Shown here: one piece after another, positions 26,310-39,858 of the stretch
Layout of the letters: each line of letters starts with the position of its first letter
Numbering within the stretch: the first letter of the stretch is position 1
NCBI RefSeq assembly: GCF_009834535.1
Contig: NC_045698.1
Location: 15,254,001 to 15,318,000 of the forward strand
DNA from: Camelus ferus
Taxonomy: Eukaryota
DNA: 64,000 bases
Reading direction: 5' to 3'
Notes under the pieces: generated by a model
The model's database searches: none
Told to the model about the DNA's origin: nothing
The model's input: the letters and a program-made list of their open reading frames with translations, nothing else
Program-made: the position numbers and the translations under genes

Positions 26310-26427
26310 GGGGAGGTAATTTTAGGTTTATTTATTTATTTTTTTTAACAGAGGTACTGGGAATTGAATCCAGGACCTTGTGCATGCTAGGCATGCACTT
26401 TACCACTAAGCTATATCCTCCCCCCCC
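26310..26427 (-). mobile_element. Vic-1-type tRNA-derived SINE (camelid)
   Basis: The minus strand reads GGGGAGGATATAGCTTAGTGGTAAAGTGCATGCCTAGCATGCACAAGGTCCTGGATTCAATTCCCAGTACCTC (A and B boxes), then (AATA)n AAACCTAAAATTACCTCCCC. Degenerate flanking repeats contain ttgaatt. Confidence 0.88.
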
Positions 26428-26979
26428 AAAAGCATTGAATTTTTTATACTAGCTTCTTTTCCTCTTTGGTTATCAACTCATTCATTGGAAGAAATTTTGA
26501 TTGCTCCCAGATTTGGGAAATTATGAATAAATCTTCTCTAAATACCTGTGTACAGGTTTAGGACCTATGTGCTCTTCAGAGATTTACGATGTGGCTGGAA
26601 TAAAGTCAAGGATCTGGATTTATTCAAGTCATTCCCCATTAGTTCCATAGTTTGCTTGCTTTCTTCTGTCTTATTGCCTTTGCTGATTATTCTTCCTGTC
26701 CTCATGGTTTCTGTTCTGAGGCAGACATCTAACACAAAAAGATATGCATCTCCAGTTTTTCCTAGGATGTCTATTCATAATCGTATTTCCTTCCTTCTTG
26801 ATAGTATTAATCAATATTTTAGGGGTGTCACAATGCAGGCTTGGCTTCATGCATCCACAGGTCTCTGCCATCTTTTCCATGCTCTGATTCTCATCCATCA
26901 TCTTCAAAATCACATTCACTCTTACGACCTTCAAGGCATTGCAAAACCCTTTGGTAATCTACACACAATTCTCATCCCG

Positions 26980-27385
26980 TGAGTGTGGCTGCTTGCCTGC
27001 CAAGAATCTGCTTCCCAAACCCCACTTTTCCATAGACACTGATGTTCAAGCATTCCTCCCTTCCATGTAACTGCTTGATTTGTTCTGAGATGAGCAGACT
27101 TGAGTTCACTTAAACAAAGAAGAGTACACTGTGGCATATGGAAAAAGAGTTACCTCACTTTTAACCAAAAGTCACAAGAAATTCAATTTTCTTCTGTTGA
27201 ACATAAATCTTCTTCTATAAAAAGATAGTAGAAAACCAAGATAAATAGAAGCCAGATTGAGGAAAATAGTGTGGAGCTTGACCGCCAAATCTGAAGCTTA
27301 AACTACTTCTGGACTTCTTTTTCCAAGAGCTAGCGTTTTCCCTGATTGTTTGAGCCAACTTGCGTTTAGAAAACAAAATAACCAA
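26980..27385 (+). mobile_element. Diverged MaLR LTR (MLT1K/L-like)
   Basis: The 3' part, actacttctggacttc...ttccctgattgtttgagccaac, is characteristic of old MLT1 LTRs. Confidence 0.45.
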
Positions 27386-28746
27386 GTGAGTATGCCTGCC
27401 ATTTACTACTTAGTGGGTATTAATTTATCTCGAGCTTATTACCTGTCTTTTAAATGTTTTACAGAAAAATAAACCAGTCTCACAGCTTGCATTATGGTGT
27501 GTTTCACGAGCTTTTTAAATAAAATATGAAAATTTCAGATTGTTCCAAAGTTCCTAGTAAAATATTAATGCATTTAAATATTGTTAAAAAATCATATGTT
27601 TTCATTAGAACTTGAAAGTAAAATGCATTATTATTTCAAAATAATCAAAATTGGGAATCTGTTGTTTCATCTGGTATTTTAGAGCGAAACATGTTTCTAA
27701 CCTGTCTGTTACAGCTAGTTTATAAAAATTTATGCAATTCAGTTACTTTTTGCTTTTAAGATGAATACCCTAAGTTTTTTTTACCTAAATATGGAGAAAT
27801 ATCAGCATTTCTTTATCATGAAAATTTTGCTGCAGTATTATGTCATTTATTTCTCTCAGTTATCAATTTTGTGATCTAAACTATATAATAATCTTCTCTG
27901 CTATAGATACTTATCAGTGTTTTAATAAACTTATATTTTGAGAAACTTTTTTCCCAATTTTGTTACATATTCCTTAAGTGAAGAGAAATACTAACTTATA
28001 GTTTCTTCAATTATATGTCAATATTATGCTGTGTAATAAGTTTACAATAAGCTATGGAGCAAAGAAATATATTTGAATCACATTTTTTAAGTGAAAACCC
28101 TACATATATGTGGGGAAATTAGTAGTAAGACAAGAGTATAATTTATTATGTAAGATACCTTTTTGTTATTATTAAAGACATGCATTTCTATATTAATTAG
28201 AAAAGCATTATATTTTGTCTCATTACTTGTAAACATTCTGTATAATACTTACTAATACTTAATACTTACTTGTTATTGATAAGTCTTAAAATGCACTTCT
28301 TGTACCACACTCAAGCTTATATGAGTGAGTTTTTGTCTTGTTAAAGTTCACACATATTTGGTTACTGGAATTTTTATAAAATGATTGAATAAAAAAGTCT
28401 GAGCCTTAGTTTTGTTTCACCAAGAAGACACCCCTGTGTTTACAAGAACCACAGATATTATCAATAAGAGATGAAAATATCTTGAAGAATAAACTAGTCA
28501 AAAACCATCCACAAATTTAGAAATTGAGAAATACAAACTACAACTTCTCTAGTATGCATCCTTATTAAAATATATAGTTGTTAATACATGGAAATTCTTA
28601 GTTTATATGAACATAAAAATGACACCTAATAGGCATAGAAAAGAAAATAAGTTTTAAAAATTATAGAAATTTTTGTATGTGTCTCATCCAAAGTTCATAT
28701 CACATAAGACCACTTGGTAAGATCTCTCGGATCATCACTTTTCATC

Positions 28747-29045
28747 TGTGTTTAGGCTTGGCTAGGTTATATACTTTGATAACAAATCAACCCTGAAATA
28801 TCAAGGGTTTAATAAAAGAAGGACTTGTCACTTTAAGTCTGAGGTCTCACTGGGGTAATTCTCCCAGGCTGCTCAGTTTGTTGCTGCTCAATCTCATGCA
28901 GCCTCTCTTATGGCCACCAAAAGGGAAGAGAGAGATGGAGGGGACACGTCAGACTTCATCATTTTCAGTGAAAATGATACATATTTCTACTCACAGACCA
29001 GTAGCCAAACCTAGTCACATGGCCACTCTCGCTGCAAGGGAAAAC
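28747..29045 (-). mobile_element. Diverged MaLR LTR (MLT1J/K-like)
   Basis: ggctaggttat...taacaaatcaaccctgaaat and tagccaaacctagtcacatggccactc..gctgcaaggg. Confidence 0.55.
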
Positions 29046-29502
29046 CTGCTTCAAAATCTCAGGATACCCCAATGAGAGCAGAGTAAATCCTTTGGAAAGA
29101 CGAATAAGATGGCAGATTAAAACGTTCTGTAACATCTGTTTTGATCACACCGGCGCTGTTAATTTTACATATTTTAGAAATCTTTCTCTCAATTCTCTTT
29201 ACTTTTTCTGTCACTAGAGGTGGAATGTGCTACTTCTACACGTATCTTAATCATTTAAGTGAAAATGGTTAGGAAGGAAACAATGGCATTAATACCAATT
29301 TTCTTATTTTTTTAGTAGGAAAAAATCTCTTCTCATCCCACTCCCATATCCACAATATCCCCAGTGCAGGTTTTCCTTGGGTTCTATGTCACACTATGTG
29401 TACGTCAGTTTGATCACTTTGTTGCAGCAGGGATAGGGTCAAATATATTGTAAAACATGAGACCTTCCTTTATTGATAACAAATTAGCACCTATGGTTAT
29501 TT

Positions 29503-29570
29503 TGTGTATGTGTGTGTATGTGTATGTGTGTATATATATATGTGTGTGTGTGTACATATATATATGTATA

Positions 29571-29608
<38 letters not shown>
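29503..29608. repeat. Compound (TG)/(TA)/(TATG) microsatellite
   Basis: Alternating TG and TA dinucleotide runs are directly visible. Confidence 0.95.
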
Positions 29609-29614
<6 letters not shown>

Positions 29615-31068
29615 TACGTTTTGCGCAAGAAATCATGCCTTGCTGAGAGTCTTTAAATTATATAAAAATCCACTAAGGGAACCATCAACAATAATAAATC
29701 ACTGGCAATTCTCTTTGACATAATGCTTAACTAGTCCTCTTAAAAGACCTAACATCTGAGATGGGAGAAAAACGTTCTGTACCAAAAAGACAGGCAGCTT
29801 TGTGTTTGCATCCTGCCTTACCCTGCAGCCTGAAGGGAAGAGGTGCGGAAATGGAGGCTGAGGAAGGCAGAACCACGGGATGTGCAGGTGCCGGGGAAAC
29901 GTTCTGCCTAGCAGTGCCTCCTGCCTTCTCAGAGCTAAGCCTGCTTGAGGAGGACTGTCCAATTTGAATGTGGAGGTGGCAGCCCATTTCCTCTTGGTGA
30001 CTAGAAAGAACAAATCTCAAGTTCATTCTGAGAGACTGACTTGCAGGAGGAAATGCAGGCCAATCGCTGTTTGTTTGTTTGTTTGTTTGTTCTCTTTGTG
30101 GTGTTTCTGTGAAATAACAGCTATTCTTTCCTTTAAGAAACATTGGGCAGTACCGCTCATTAATTTATCTCATCGACTTAACTCAGTCATCATGCTATTA
30201 AGGGAAGGTGTCATTATTTCATGACACGGGAAGCATAGTTTTAAAAATAAATGGTTTAAGTGACCAAAAAAAAAAAATTATGTCTTGTATAAGGGAAAGA
30301 CGATCCTCCAGGCAACCCTGAGTTATCCGCAACTAATTCCAAATAAACATCAGTGGATTGATTTCAAACTTCTTTGATAGGCACTGAATTTCTGCCATTG
30401 AGAAACTTATTTTTCGTAGTTACAGAATATTCATGTAATTAATTTTTACATTCTATCAAATCAAGATGATTGCAAAGTCAAAATGAATTCTAATACACTA
30501 AAATACAGCACTACTTTCTGGTGAAAAGAACAAAGGTATGAATCAAGAACAACTTACAAATTCTACTAGTAAAAAGGTTAAATTAAATATAGCTATATCT
30601 TCCTTTTGAGCTCTTTTGAGGCAATAACAATGTATTTATGATGAGCTATCAAAGTTCTTCTCATTACTATTTTGTAATAAAAAGTCTATGCCTATACAAA
30701 TGAGTTACATTAATTATACAAGACAGTCTTAAACCATTTACTTATTTATATTTGCAACATTCTTCTAAAACTTTCAATAAATATTAAGAATTTTTTATGA
30801 TCAGATCAGTCTTGTGAGAATTTCCAAGAATTATAAATAATTTGTTTAAGTCAGATACTGATTAGCAATAAAAAGATCTGTTTGGATTTTGCAATATAAA
30901 CATTGTAAAGTTATTCCCATTGACATCTAATTTTGAAATACAGAGCAAAATACAAATTCAGCAATATATCCAACCAATGTCAAAAATCACATTTTCTTAA
31001 AGCACACAGTACTGTTACATGACTGTGGAATCATATATCAAATTACTCATCTTAAAATAAAACTACCT

Positions 31069-31375
31069 TATTGCTTATCTATTTTATACACAGTAGTTTG
31101 TATCTCTTAATCCTACACTAATTTGCCCCTTTCCCTCTCCCCTTTGGTAACCGCTAGTTTGTTTTCTATATCCTTGAGTCTATTTCTGTTTTGCATATGT
31201 ATTTATATGTGCTATTTTTTAGATTCCACATATAAAAGATGTATTGTATAACACAAGAAAATATAGCCATTATCTTGTAATGACTTTTAATGGAGTACAA
31301 TCTGTAAAATACTAAATCACTTTGCTGTATACCTGAAACTGATACAATATTGTAAGTCAACTATATTTCACTAGA
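31069..31375 (+). mobile_element. L1 3' UTR insertion with 5' inversion (twin priming)
   Basis: 31069-31235 is antisense L1 3' UTR and 31236-31375 is the sense L1 3' end. TSD aaaataaaactacct (31054-31068) / aaaatagaattacct (31376-31390). The left site is TT/AAAA. Confidence 0.88.
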
Positions 31376-34300
31376 AAAATAGAATTACCTACTTTCCAAA
31401 GTGCATTCCTTTCTGTCACTTTTAATTCAATGGCAAATGTTTAAATAGAATTAGAGCTTGCTTAGATATTGTATTTCAGGATTACACTGCAAATAAAAAT
31501 ATATTTTATGGGAAATTCTCTATAAACTATGTGTTATTTATTTTTATTGTAATATATCCTTCTGAGTAATAGCAATTAGATGTAGGCAGTTAACTATCAA
31601 ACATTAAATGATTTTATCTTAAAACGTTAATTTTCCATTCTTTTTTGTTAGATGAAGACAATATAAGTTGGAAATATGATTGCAATTCATTTCAGCATCT
31701 GAAGTAGCTTGTATACCTTTTATAAATATGAAAAACATTCCACAGTTACTCTTACTATTAGACAAATTATTGTTTAGTAATAATTATGTATAATTGTTTT
31801 TGAAACATCTTGGTTTTGTGGCTTTTTTTGTTCCTTCTTCGAAGGAAATGCAAAACTCTCATTAAGAATGCCATAGCTTTCTTTTGTCAAAAAGGATCAT
31901 AAAATATTAGTATAATGTGCATATATGCTAACATATTCCTATTTACCCAGTTGTGAGGGTACTTCAGTTATTTCTTAAGAGCTTATGCTGGAAGAAAAAC
32001 AACAAAAATATAACATATCCACAACATAGTGCTTTTTTCCAGTGTTAGCTAACTTTTTATGATAAGAGTCTACTAAGACAACTGAGAAATAATTTCTGTA
32101 ACTGTGTGTGCCCTCAGATAAACTTCTCAACATCTCTATTGTGTGTGCCTTTTTTAAAATTAAAGATAATTAAATGTAATTAAGTGTAAAATGTCAGCAC
32201 ACTAGTGCTCAAAATGCTAGTAAGAATGCATTGTTAAATCACATAAATGTGAATATCATACAATCAATATAACTACATATGGCAATTAGGAAGTACCTTG
32301 TATTTGCTATGTCAACTTTCAGACATTCTACATTTGAAGATAAATTTTAGTTAATTTTTCTTTTAGCATGCACCCTTCCCATGTGGGGAACAATGAATAC
32401 GTAAGATCACACTTTTCTGGTATCAGTGGCTCACGGCCAGTCATGTCTTCATTTAATCAGTGTTACTTTCTGTCAAAGAACTGCACTTAATTAGCAACAG
32501 CAACTACTGCTTTTGACTTGCTTTTCATTACTACATTCAATTATTTCATGTTGCTGATTGTAGGTCACCATTTTCCCTCGGTGATAAATCCCCTGATGAC
32601 AATAACTGTGTGCTCACTTACATTATCTCAGATGGAGAAAGTACATGAGATGTTAGTTATTTCATTGAATGGAGCTCACTGAAGATATCTAGCTCACTGA
32701 AGACTCAAGGGTAGAAATTAATACTTTGACACTGTTGCTGGGGTAATTAATTAGGGAGGCCCATGAGCAAAATGAATAATGACAGTTACTTCACATACTA
32801 CATTTGGGAAGCAAAACTGCTTACAAACATCAGCTGCAATTACTTTAAATTTCCTTTTCTGGTTGTAAGAGACATGACGAACCTAATTAAATGTTTTCAG
32901 GTTTTTTCCAGAGATAAGGAAACTCTAAACAAAGAGTGTATTGAAAGTGGATCAGAAGTCCTCTGGGCCAGAAAAGTGCCTATAGTCATCTCCTGAAAAT
33001 GAGAGATTTTGCAGAAAATTGAGAAAGAATGATATTTTCTCTTCCTCATTTATTGCTTGATTATTCCTTGAATATGAGCCTTTCATTTAAATGTCTAGAA
33101 AGTCAAACATATCCAGGCATCAGAAATTTGCAATATTACTATCAAACTAAATTTCAGGACTACGTGTCAAGCAAATCCTTATCACATCTGCTGTTTCCAT
33201 TTCTCTCTTCCATCACTTACTCTTCATAGACTTGTAAACCAGTTGTTAAAACGTATCCATACTTGTCATGTCTGTTGAAAAACCAAGGAAGGCTTTATTT
33301 TTATTAATAATCAAATTAAATAAAACATCTAAGCTCCAGGTACTTATATGCTTTAAATCTATCTATATTTAACGTGGTTCAAAACCACTTGTCTATTGGA
33401 TAACCAAGAATTTTATATTTTTATAAATATGTTATTTTCTATTTGTAGAAAAATGTGTTAGATAATTTCTGAGGCTTTTAGCTCACAGTGTAAAAGTGTC
33501 CTTAAATGATCAAAATTGACTAAAATTGGCTCCACAACTTTATCATGTAGTGCCAGCCCTTCAGGTCAACTTGAAAGAAATGCACTGTTTTTCAAAGAAG
33601 ATTTTTTGAAAAAAAAATGTCTATTACTATTAACATGATTTAGATAGAATACTAAATCTCCATAGAGTATGACAAAATGCAGAAAGTATGTTGATGCTTC
33701 ACAGTTAACCTACACCAAATCCCAACCAGTATCATTGACTTTTCTCTTTCCCTATTGCTGCTTGTTTCTCTGTACTAAAAGCTTTTACAGTGGGAGTGTT
33801 AAAGAAATCATTGATTTATCTGAGGTCAACTTTATCTGTTATTTTCATTTTGTTTCTAAATGTGGATATACGTTTATATAGCTATTGAAAAAATTTACTA
33901 GCTAGACAAGTTAGCAAATTGTAAATAGAAAATAAGTATTATTAACAGTATCTGTTCACTCTGTCAGTGTACCTGAAACAATCGTTGACCATCTCTTATT
34001 ATTTCCTACTGTCATAGCTCATCTTGTGTAATACACTGGTTGACTGGCAGTTAAGGTCAAACTGAGATTTCCGGGTTTAATTTTTCATGGAAATACTAAA
34101 ACCTTAGCAAAGTAAGCTTGGCAGAACAGGTAACATGCTGGAGTCAATGTTTATTCAACTAGGAAAGTTTTTAATAAAAATGTGAGAGAAGTAGACCAAT
34201 ATTGATTAGGAAAATAGACATAGGCTATTCAACTTATTTTATTGAGTTGAATTTATTGGAAACTGATTATGAAGTTATAGGCTTTGTAAATAAAGTACTG

Positions 34301-37300
34301 TATTTAATTAAATGTGTAGATATTTTTAGATATAATAAAGTTTTTCCATGTTCATGTGTAATTCTAAACTATTACAAGTGAACAGTGGGCTGAAAAAGCA
34401 TAAGCAAACAATCAAATTATGTTTAAAACTTGTAAAGCCATAAATTAATGAAAGGACTATGTATTAAAAATAGTAGTATCGCTAACAAGAAATTTAGATA
34501 AAATATATGGCATGAAGCCTTCATGTTAGAAAACAACAAAGACTAAAATTTAAAAATCTGTGTTTAACACAATTACTTTTGTAAATAAAATATAATATGT
34601 TAAAGTAGAAGGAATACATATCAAACTGGATACTCAATATTCATATTAACTTTTTCACATGTAATATGTATTTTTAAAATTGATGGAGCATTACATATAC
34701 AAGACAAATCCTTCATCATATTCACCTGTATTTTCATCTCCTAGAGATAATCATTAACTTGGTTTAGGTTTATCGTTACCATGCATAAAAGCATGCATGT
34801 TACTTTTAGGTCTACTTTTTATGTATAACATTGTTGGGCAGGAATGTATATAAACAGATATAATAAATGGAAGATACTCTGTTTTTGTGCAACTTTCTCT
34901 TTTTGGTCAATAATATAGTTTCTTTGTGATTATTCATGCTAATTTAGGAAAATTTAGCTTATTCATCTTATTTGCCCTATAATCTTCAAGTTCAGACTTG
35001 GACCACTATTTATTTATCCATTTAACTTGTTGACAAGCATTTGGATTGGTTTTAGTTTGAGCTTATTAAAATATGTGAATTATTAAAATTCTAGCACTAG
35101 TAATATTATGGTTCTTGATCTTTTTCTCATTGCATCCATATTCTCTCAGTTTATAAGAAATCAGTGAGCTGTACCCTGTGATATGAATATTTTTATTAGT
35201 GTTGAAAGAGAAGTTGAGAATTTAAAAAACAACGGGTAAAGAAGAACTATTTTATGAATTGTACTTAGGTAATAGGTTATTCATGTAAAAATGAAGTGTT
35301 ATTTTCTTCTTAAAATAGTTAATTCTAGGTAGATTATTCTTATGAATGTTAAGAAATTTTTAAGTTTAAAAATATTCTTATAAAGTTTAAAAAATTAAAT
35401 ATTTTAGAAGAAAGATAAGAGAATATATTTACAGTAGAAAAGTATTTCTTGGTCATAAAAATTTTAATTATTATGCAAATATTGAATATGATTATATTAA
35501 GCATAAAACTTTCCATACAATGAAATGCACCAAAAATAAATCATGAATCCAACTCACATTACTGAAGGTTTTTAAAAAATCATTATTACTTTTATCAGAA
35601 AGATAAAGCTTTGTTTAAATCAATAAGCAAAAACAAAGAATTATTTCTTAGGCAAAAAAAAAAAAAAAAAGGCAAAGTAGTATATGAACAGCCAATAATC
35701 CATAACAACAGAACCGAAATAGCAATTGAAATGTGAAGTTTAATTTAAAACAAAAGTATGTCATTTTAGGAGAATCAAAGAAGTAATAATTAAAAGTTCA
35801 GCATTGTAAGCATTGATGAGAATGCAGTGAAATGAAGAATCTACTTCATTACTCATGGATATGTGACTTTTCACAAACTATTTATAGAGTAATTTGGCAA
35901 TTTAAATAAAATAAGCACAATTTAAAATCATTTCTAGGAACATGCTCCAGGAAAAAAAAAACTTAAAATAAAAATAATAGAAATAATAATAAATATCCAA
36001 ATTTTAATGCTGATCTCTCATATATCTCAGCATTTTGTTCCATTTTATTGTTGCTGTAGTTATATTTTGCCTCCTTTAATCAATACCACACCCTCTCAAT
36101 TATTTTAACTTGAATACCTCCTGGTATCTGGGAAGACAAATTCTCACCTGTACTTTGTTCTTCAAGTAAGCCTTTATTTGGCTTACTTAGATTTGGGGGG
36201 TTTGTTTTTTATCCCCATTAATGGTTTTAATTTTTCCAAGATTTATTAAGATGTTATAATTGTATTCTTTCCTATTCTGTCACTGTGGTAAATTACATTG
36301 ATCAATTTTTGCGTGTTTTATCATCCAAGCACTCTTGAAATAAATCTACTGTAATCATGATGTAATATCATTTTTATATATCTTTGGATTCACCATGTCC
36401 TTGATCTGACTGCAATTTTTATACCTACATTCATTGAAGAGACTGACCTACAATTATTATTCTTTGTGATATCTTTGTTGAATTTTAATATCAAGGTTCA
36501 CATAAATAATCAGAAAAAGGTTTTTTTTTCTATTTTTTGGAACATTTTCATAATTTTGGGTTATTTGTTTCTTAATAGTTCAGAAGAATTTACCTGGGAC
36601 ACTCTCTAGGCATAAAATGTTCTTTATTAAGCATGTTTTCAATTAAGAATTCAGTTTCTTTAATAGATAAAGAATTTCCCTGATGTTTTATTTTCCTTCT
36701 AACAGTAAAATTTTACTGGCAATTTATCTTACTAGCAATTTATCCATTTCATCTACATGCTCTAATTTTCTTGCATAAAATTTTTATAACATCTTTTTAA
36801 AATTTTTAATCTGTAGCGTCTGTGGTGATGTCTTTACAATGTTTACATCTAATGGTTTTAATATGAACACATAATCCTACTGTTTGTTTTTTCTGCCCAC
36901 TTTAAATTGGTATTCGTTCAGGAACATATTCTTCAGAAATTATTTGCAATTAAGATTGAGGGTTGTTCTTTCAGAGGTGTTTTCTATAGTGTTCTTCTCT
37001 GCAGTAGGCATCCAAAAGATGTGCTATCTTAAAACCATTTCTTCTGTTACGTTCTTGACTTTGGATTTTCACATCTCATGATGACCATCAATTTAATCTT
37101 CCTCTCAAACTGAGCAAACGACCCCTACTTATAATTCTCAATAGAACCATTTTTTTTCCCCTTACCTAAACCTCAGGCAAATAAAGCTAAGTATACTGGT
37201 GTTTTTACTGTGCTGGTGGGAACTTTTTCTTTTGTTTCATGTCTTAACTTTGTGTTAATCTTACAGGTCTATATTTCTATTTCATAAATACATAAAGATT

Positions 37301-39559
37301 TCATGCCATGTACCTTCAATGGGCATGAAAAACTTCTCAATTACCAGGAGAAGCATAATGTGTAAGTATGCCGCATACAGCTATAGCATCAACTTACATG
37401 CCTACCACTCTATCCTTTTCTTTTTGTGTTTATAGTCCCAAGTAGTTTCCTTACATTTAAAAAAATTTACTTGCATAGAATTGATTTTAAAAATTTAAAC
37501 ATATATTCACAATTTTTGTGTGTTTTAAAGTAAGAGTTGTTTTTTTTTTCCCCCATGTTAGTCTTCCATGATTTGGAATATTAATCATGAAGACAAATAT
37601 AAGTGCAAACATTTTAATAATATCACAATTTTTATTAGTGATAAAAAATTTGGCCATGATATGAGTAATGAAATGGCTAACAGCTGCTTTTTGTTTAGGA
37701 ATTTAAGTGATGTTTTATATAATGATTATTAAAGTGTTTGGGTATTTCTAAATAGATACCACTTATACTTTAAATATGATACTGTATTTTAATTTTAGAA
37801 TAAGTGAATCTACTGTTTTTCAAATACTGATAGAAGAATTTGTATATCCCTTCAATCACTGATGTAAAAGATTTTACATATAGGCTTTCTCGAAATAATT
37901 GGCAAGAAGATAATTTTTTCTACATGTAAAGAAATGAAGATTGAGTTTTTGCCCACTGCTTTATACTTAATCATTAGGTCCATCATATTTTTTTAAATAA
38001 ATAATTTCTTTGAATCCAGAGCCTATTTAAATGTGTGAATTCTTAATTTCAACCAAACACGTGTTGAATATAATCTTGTTTATCTTGAAGTGGTTTCAGT
38101 GTTTCTAAATTCATATGTTTTTCAGCTCTTTAAATATTACATAAAATAAGGTATTTTTAAAATGAAGAATTTCAGAGCAGTTAATATATTTATTGTTATA
38201 ACTCAGCTAGTAGCCACCAAGGGGCTACCAAAAACCCCTCAATTTCAGGAGCACAGACTAGTCACTGTCAGTAATGCATCGAGCTTTTGTAGCAGCTAGA
38301 TTCCAGTAAATCATTTTGTAATATCACTTGTCTCTACTTTTGAAACTTCTCTTTTTCCTTTCAAATAGAAAAGTAAAAGGCATGGCAGTCTTTGGGTGAG
38401 AAACCTGAGTCAATAAAATTGGTAATTTTCACCCATGCAATCTTTGAACACATAGAGGAGGGAAATATTTCACTTTATTTTTAGTTCTATCTGTATAAAC
38501 CAGCCAATTGCCCTACTCTTGTATTCCCAATGGTGATATCTTACAGGGTCATCAAACTCTGCAAGGTTTGAAACTTCAGCAGACTCACAAAAATGAGAGA
38601 CTACATACCATCAGGTTAGCAACAAACTCCTTTTTTATTGCTTTTTATTTCTAACTGCACAGATTCAGGTTGATGACTGTCATATGAGAACTTTTAAGGA
38701 CTGCTAAGGTGAAATTTTGAAACAGAATGCCTGTATGATTTTAAGGTACTTTTTATATATAAAGTGATCTTGGACTTCAGGATGTATTTGGTCAACATTA
38801 ATTAATACCCAATGGAGACTATAAATAGACATTGTACAAATAAATAATTTTAAAACTTTGACAGAAAGATTAGCAAATGAAGTAAATTATTAGTTTTTTT
38901 ATCAGTCACTATCAATAATCTAATTATATATATATTTTACGTATTTATGTTTTCCTATATTTTACATGATTTGATTGTTTTCAATTTTAATAGTTCATAA
39001 GATACATAATGTCAGAAACATAAAAGGGAAACTATTTTTATTTTCTTCTGCATTCTCTCTTCTCTGACTAGGTTTAAGTTGAACTTGTTGAAACTGATAA
39101 GCTTCTAACCACCAATCCCACAAGCGGTCACCAAAGTTGGGTCATGTGAAGACAAAGCATATTTTTTACCTTCTTTAAGGGGACTAATTGTGAACCTGAC
39201 TAGAAACTTTTCTAATGGATTTTCCTCTCACGACACCATTTCCAGAGTAGACAATTGTTAATATGAGGTGATATATTATACAGCAACACGTAATCTCGCA
39301 GGTAAAAAATTGTCCCCTACTCTAGAAGTAATGTCATAATAATATCAGATGTTAATAGCTAACAGCAAGTTCGCTTCTTCCTTATTGTGCTACAAAGAAG
39401 TAAATTAGTAAAAAATAAAAATTAAAAATTGTAGTCATATTAACAAGATTTAGCTTCATCAAAGATTGTTTCCAAATAATGTATTGATTGTCACTAGATC
39501 CTTGGGGGAGAGACTCAAGTTGGATATATTATATGTAGATGTACAGCTCCAAGGAACTA

Positions 39560-39858
39560 TGTGTGTTGCAAATATTTCCTGCTTCTGGACTCCAGAGAGG
39601 TTGTGTTAATTTCTTCTTTCCTGGAGCCATTCATAGGGGGGCCTAGTCAGGAGGTTTCCTGTGAGCTAAACAAAGGTATTTTTGATTAATGCTCAGGCAT
39701 AGGAGGCAGGATTCCCGGAGATGGGCCACTAGGTATGCTTTAAGCTATATGTAACATCCCTTTAGTGATTAACTTATAGCAAAAGCAACAGAATATAAAG
39801 GTTAGAGTGAAAAAAAAACAGATCTGATATGGAGTCAGATTTGTTCTTCCCTCTTACA
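39560..39858 (-). mobile_element. ERV1 LTR 5' fragment (cetartiodactyl MER41-like)
   Basis: The minus strand starts TGTAAGAGGGAAGAACAAATCTGACTCCATATCAGATCTG..., then TTAATCACTAAAGGGATGTT and GCTCACAGGAAAC. The far end appears truncated. Confidence 0.75.

Noticed and set aside
26350..26427. tRNA gene
   Set aside because: The tRNA-like head belongs to a SINE with a tail and degenerate flanking repeats.
26548..26982. 144-aa hydrophobic ORF as a membrane protein gene
   Set aside because: Non-ATG start, no recognisable domain, and a T/C-rich composition that explains the hydrophobicity. It lies among repeats.
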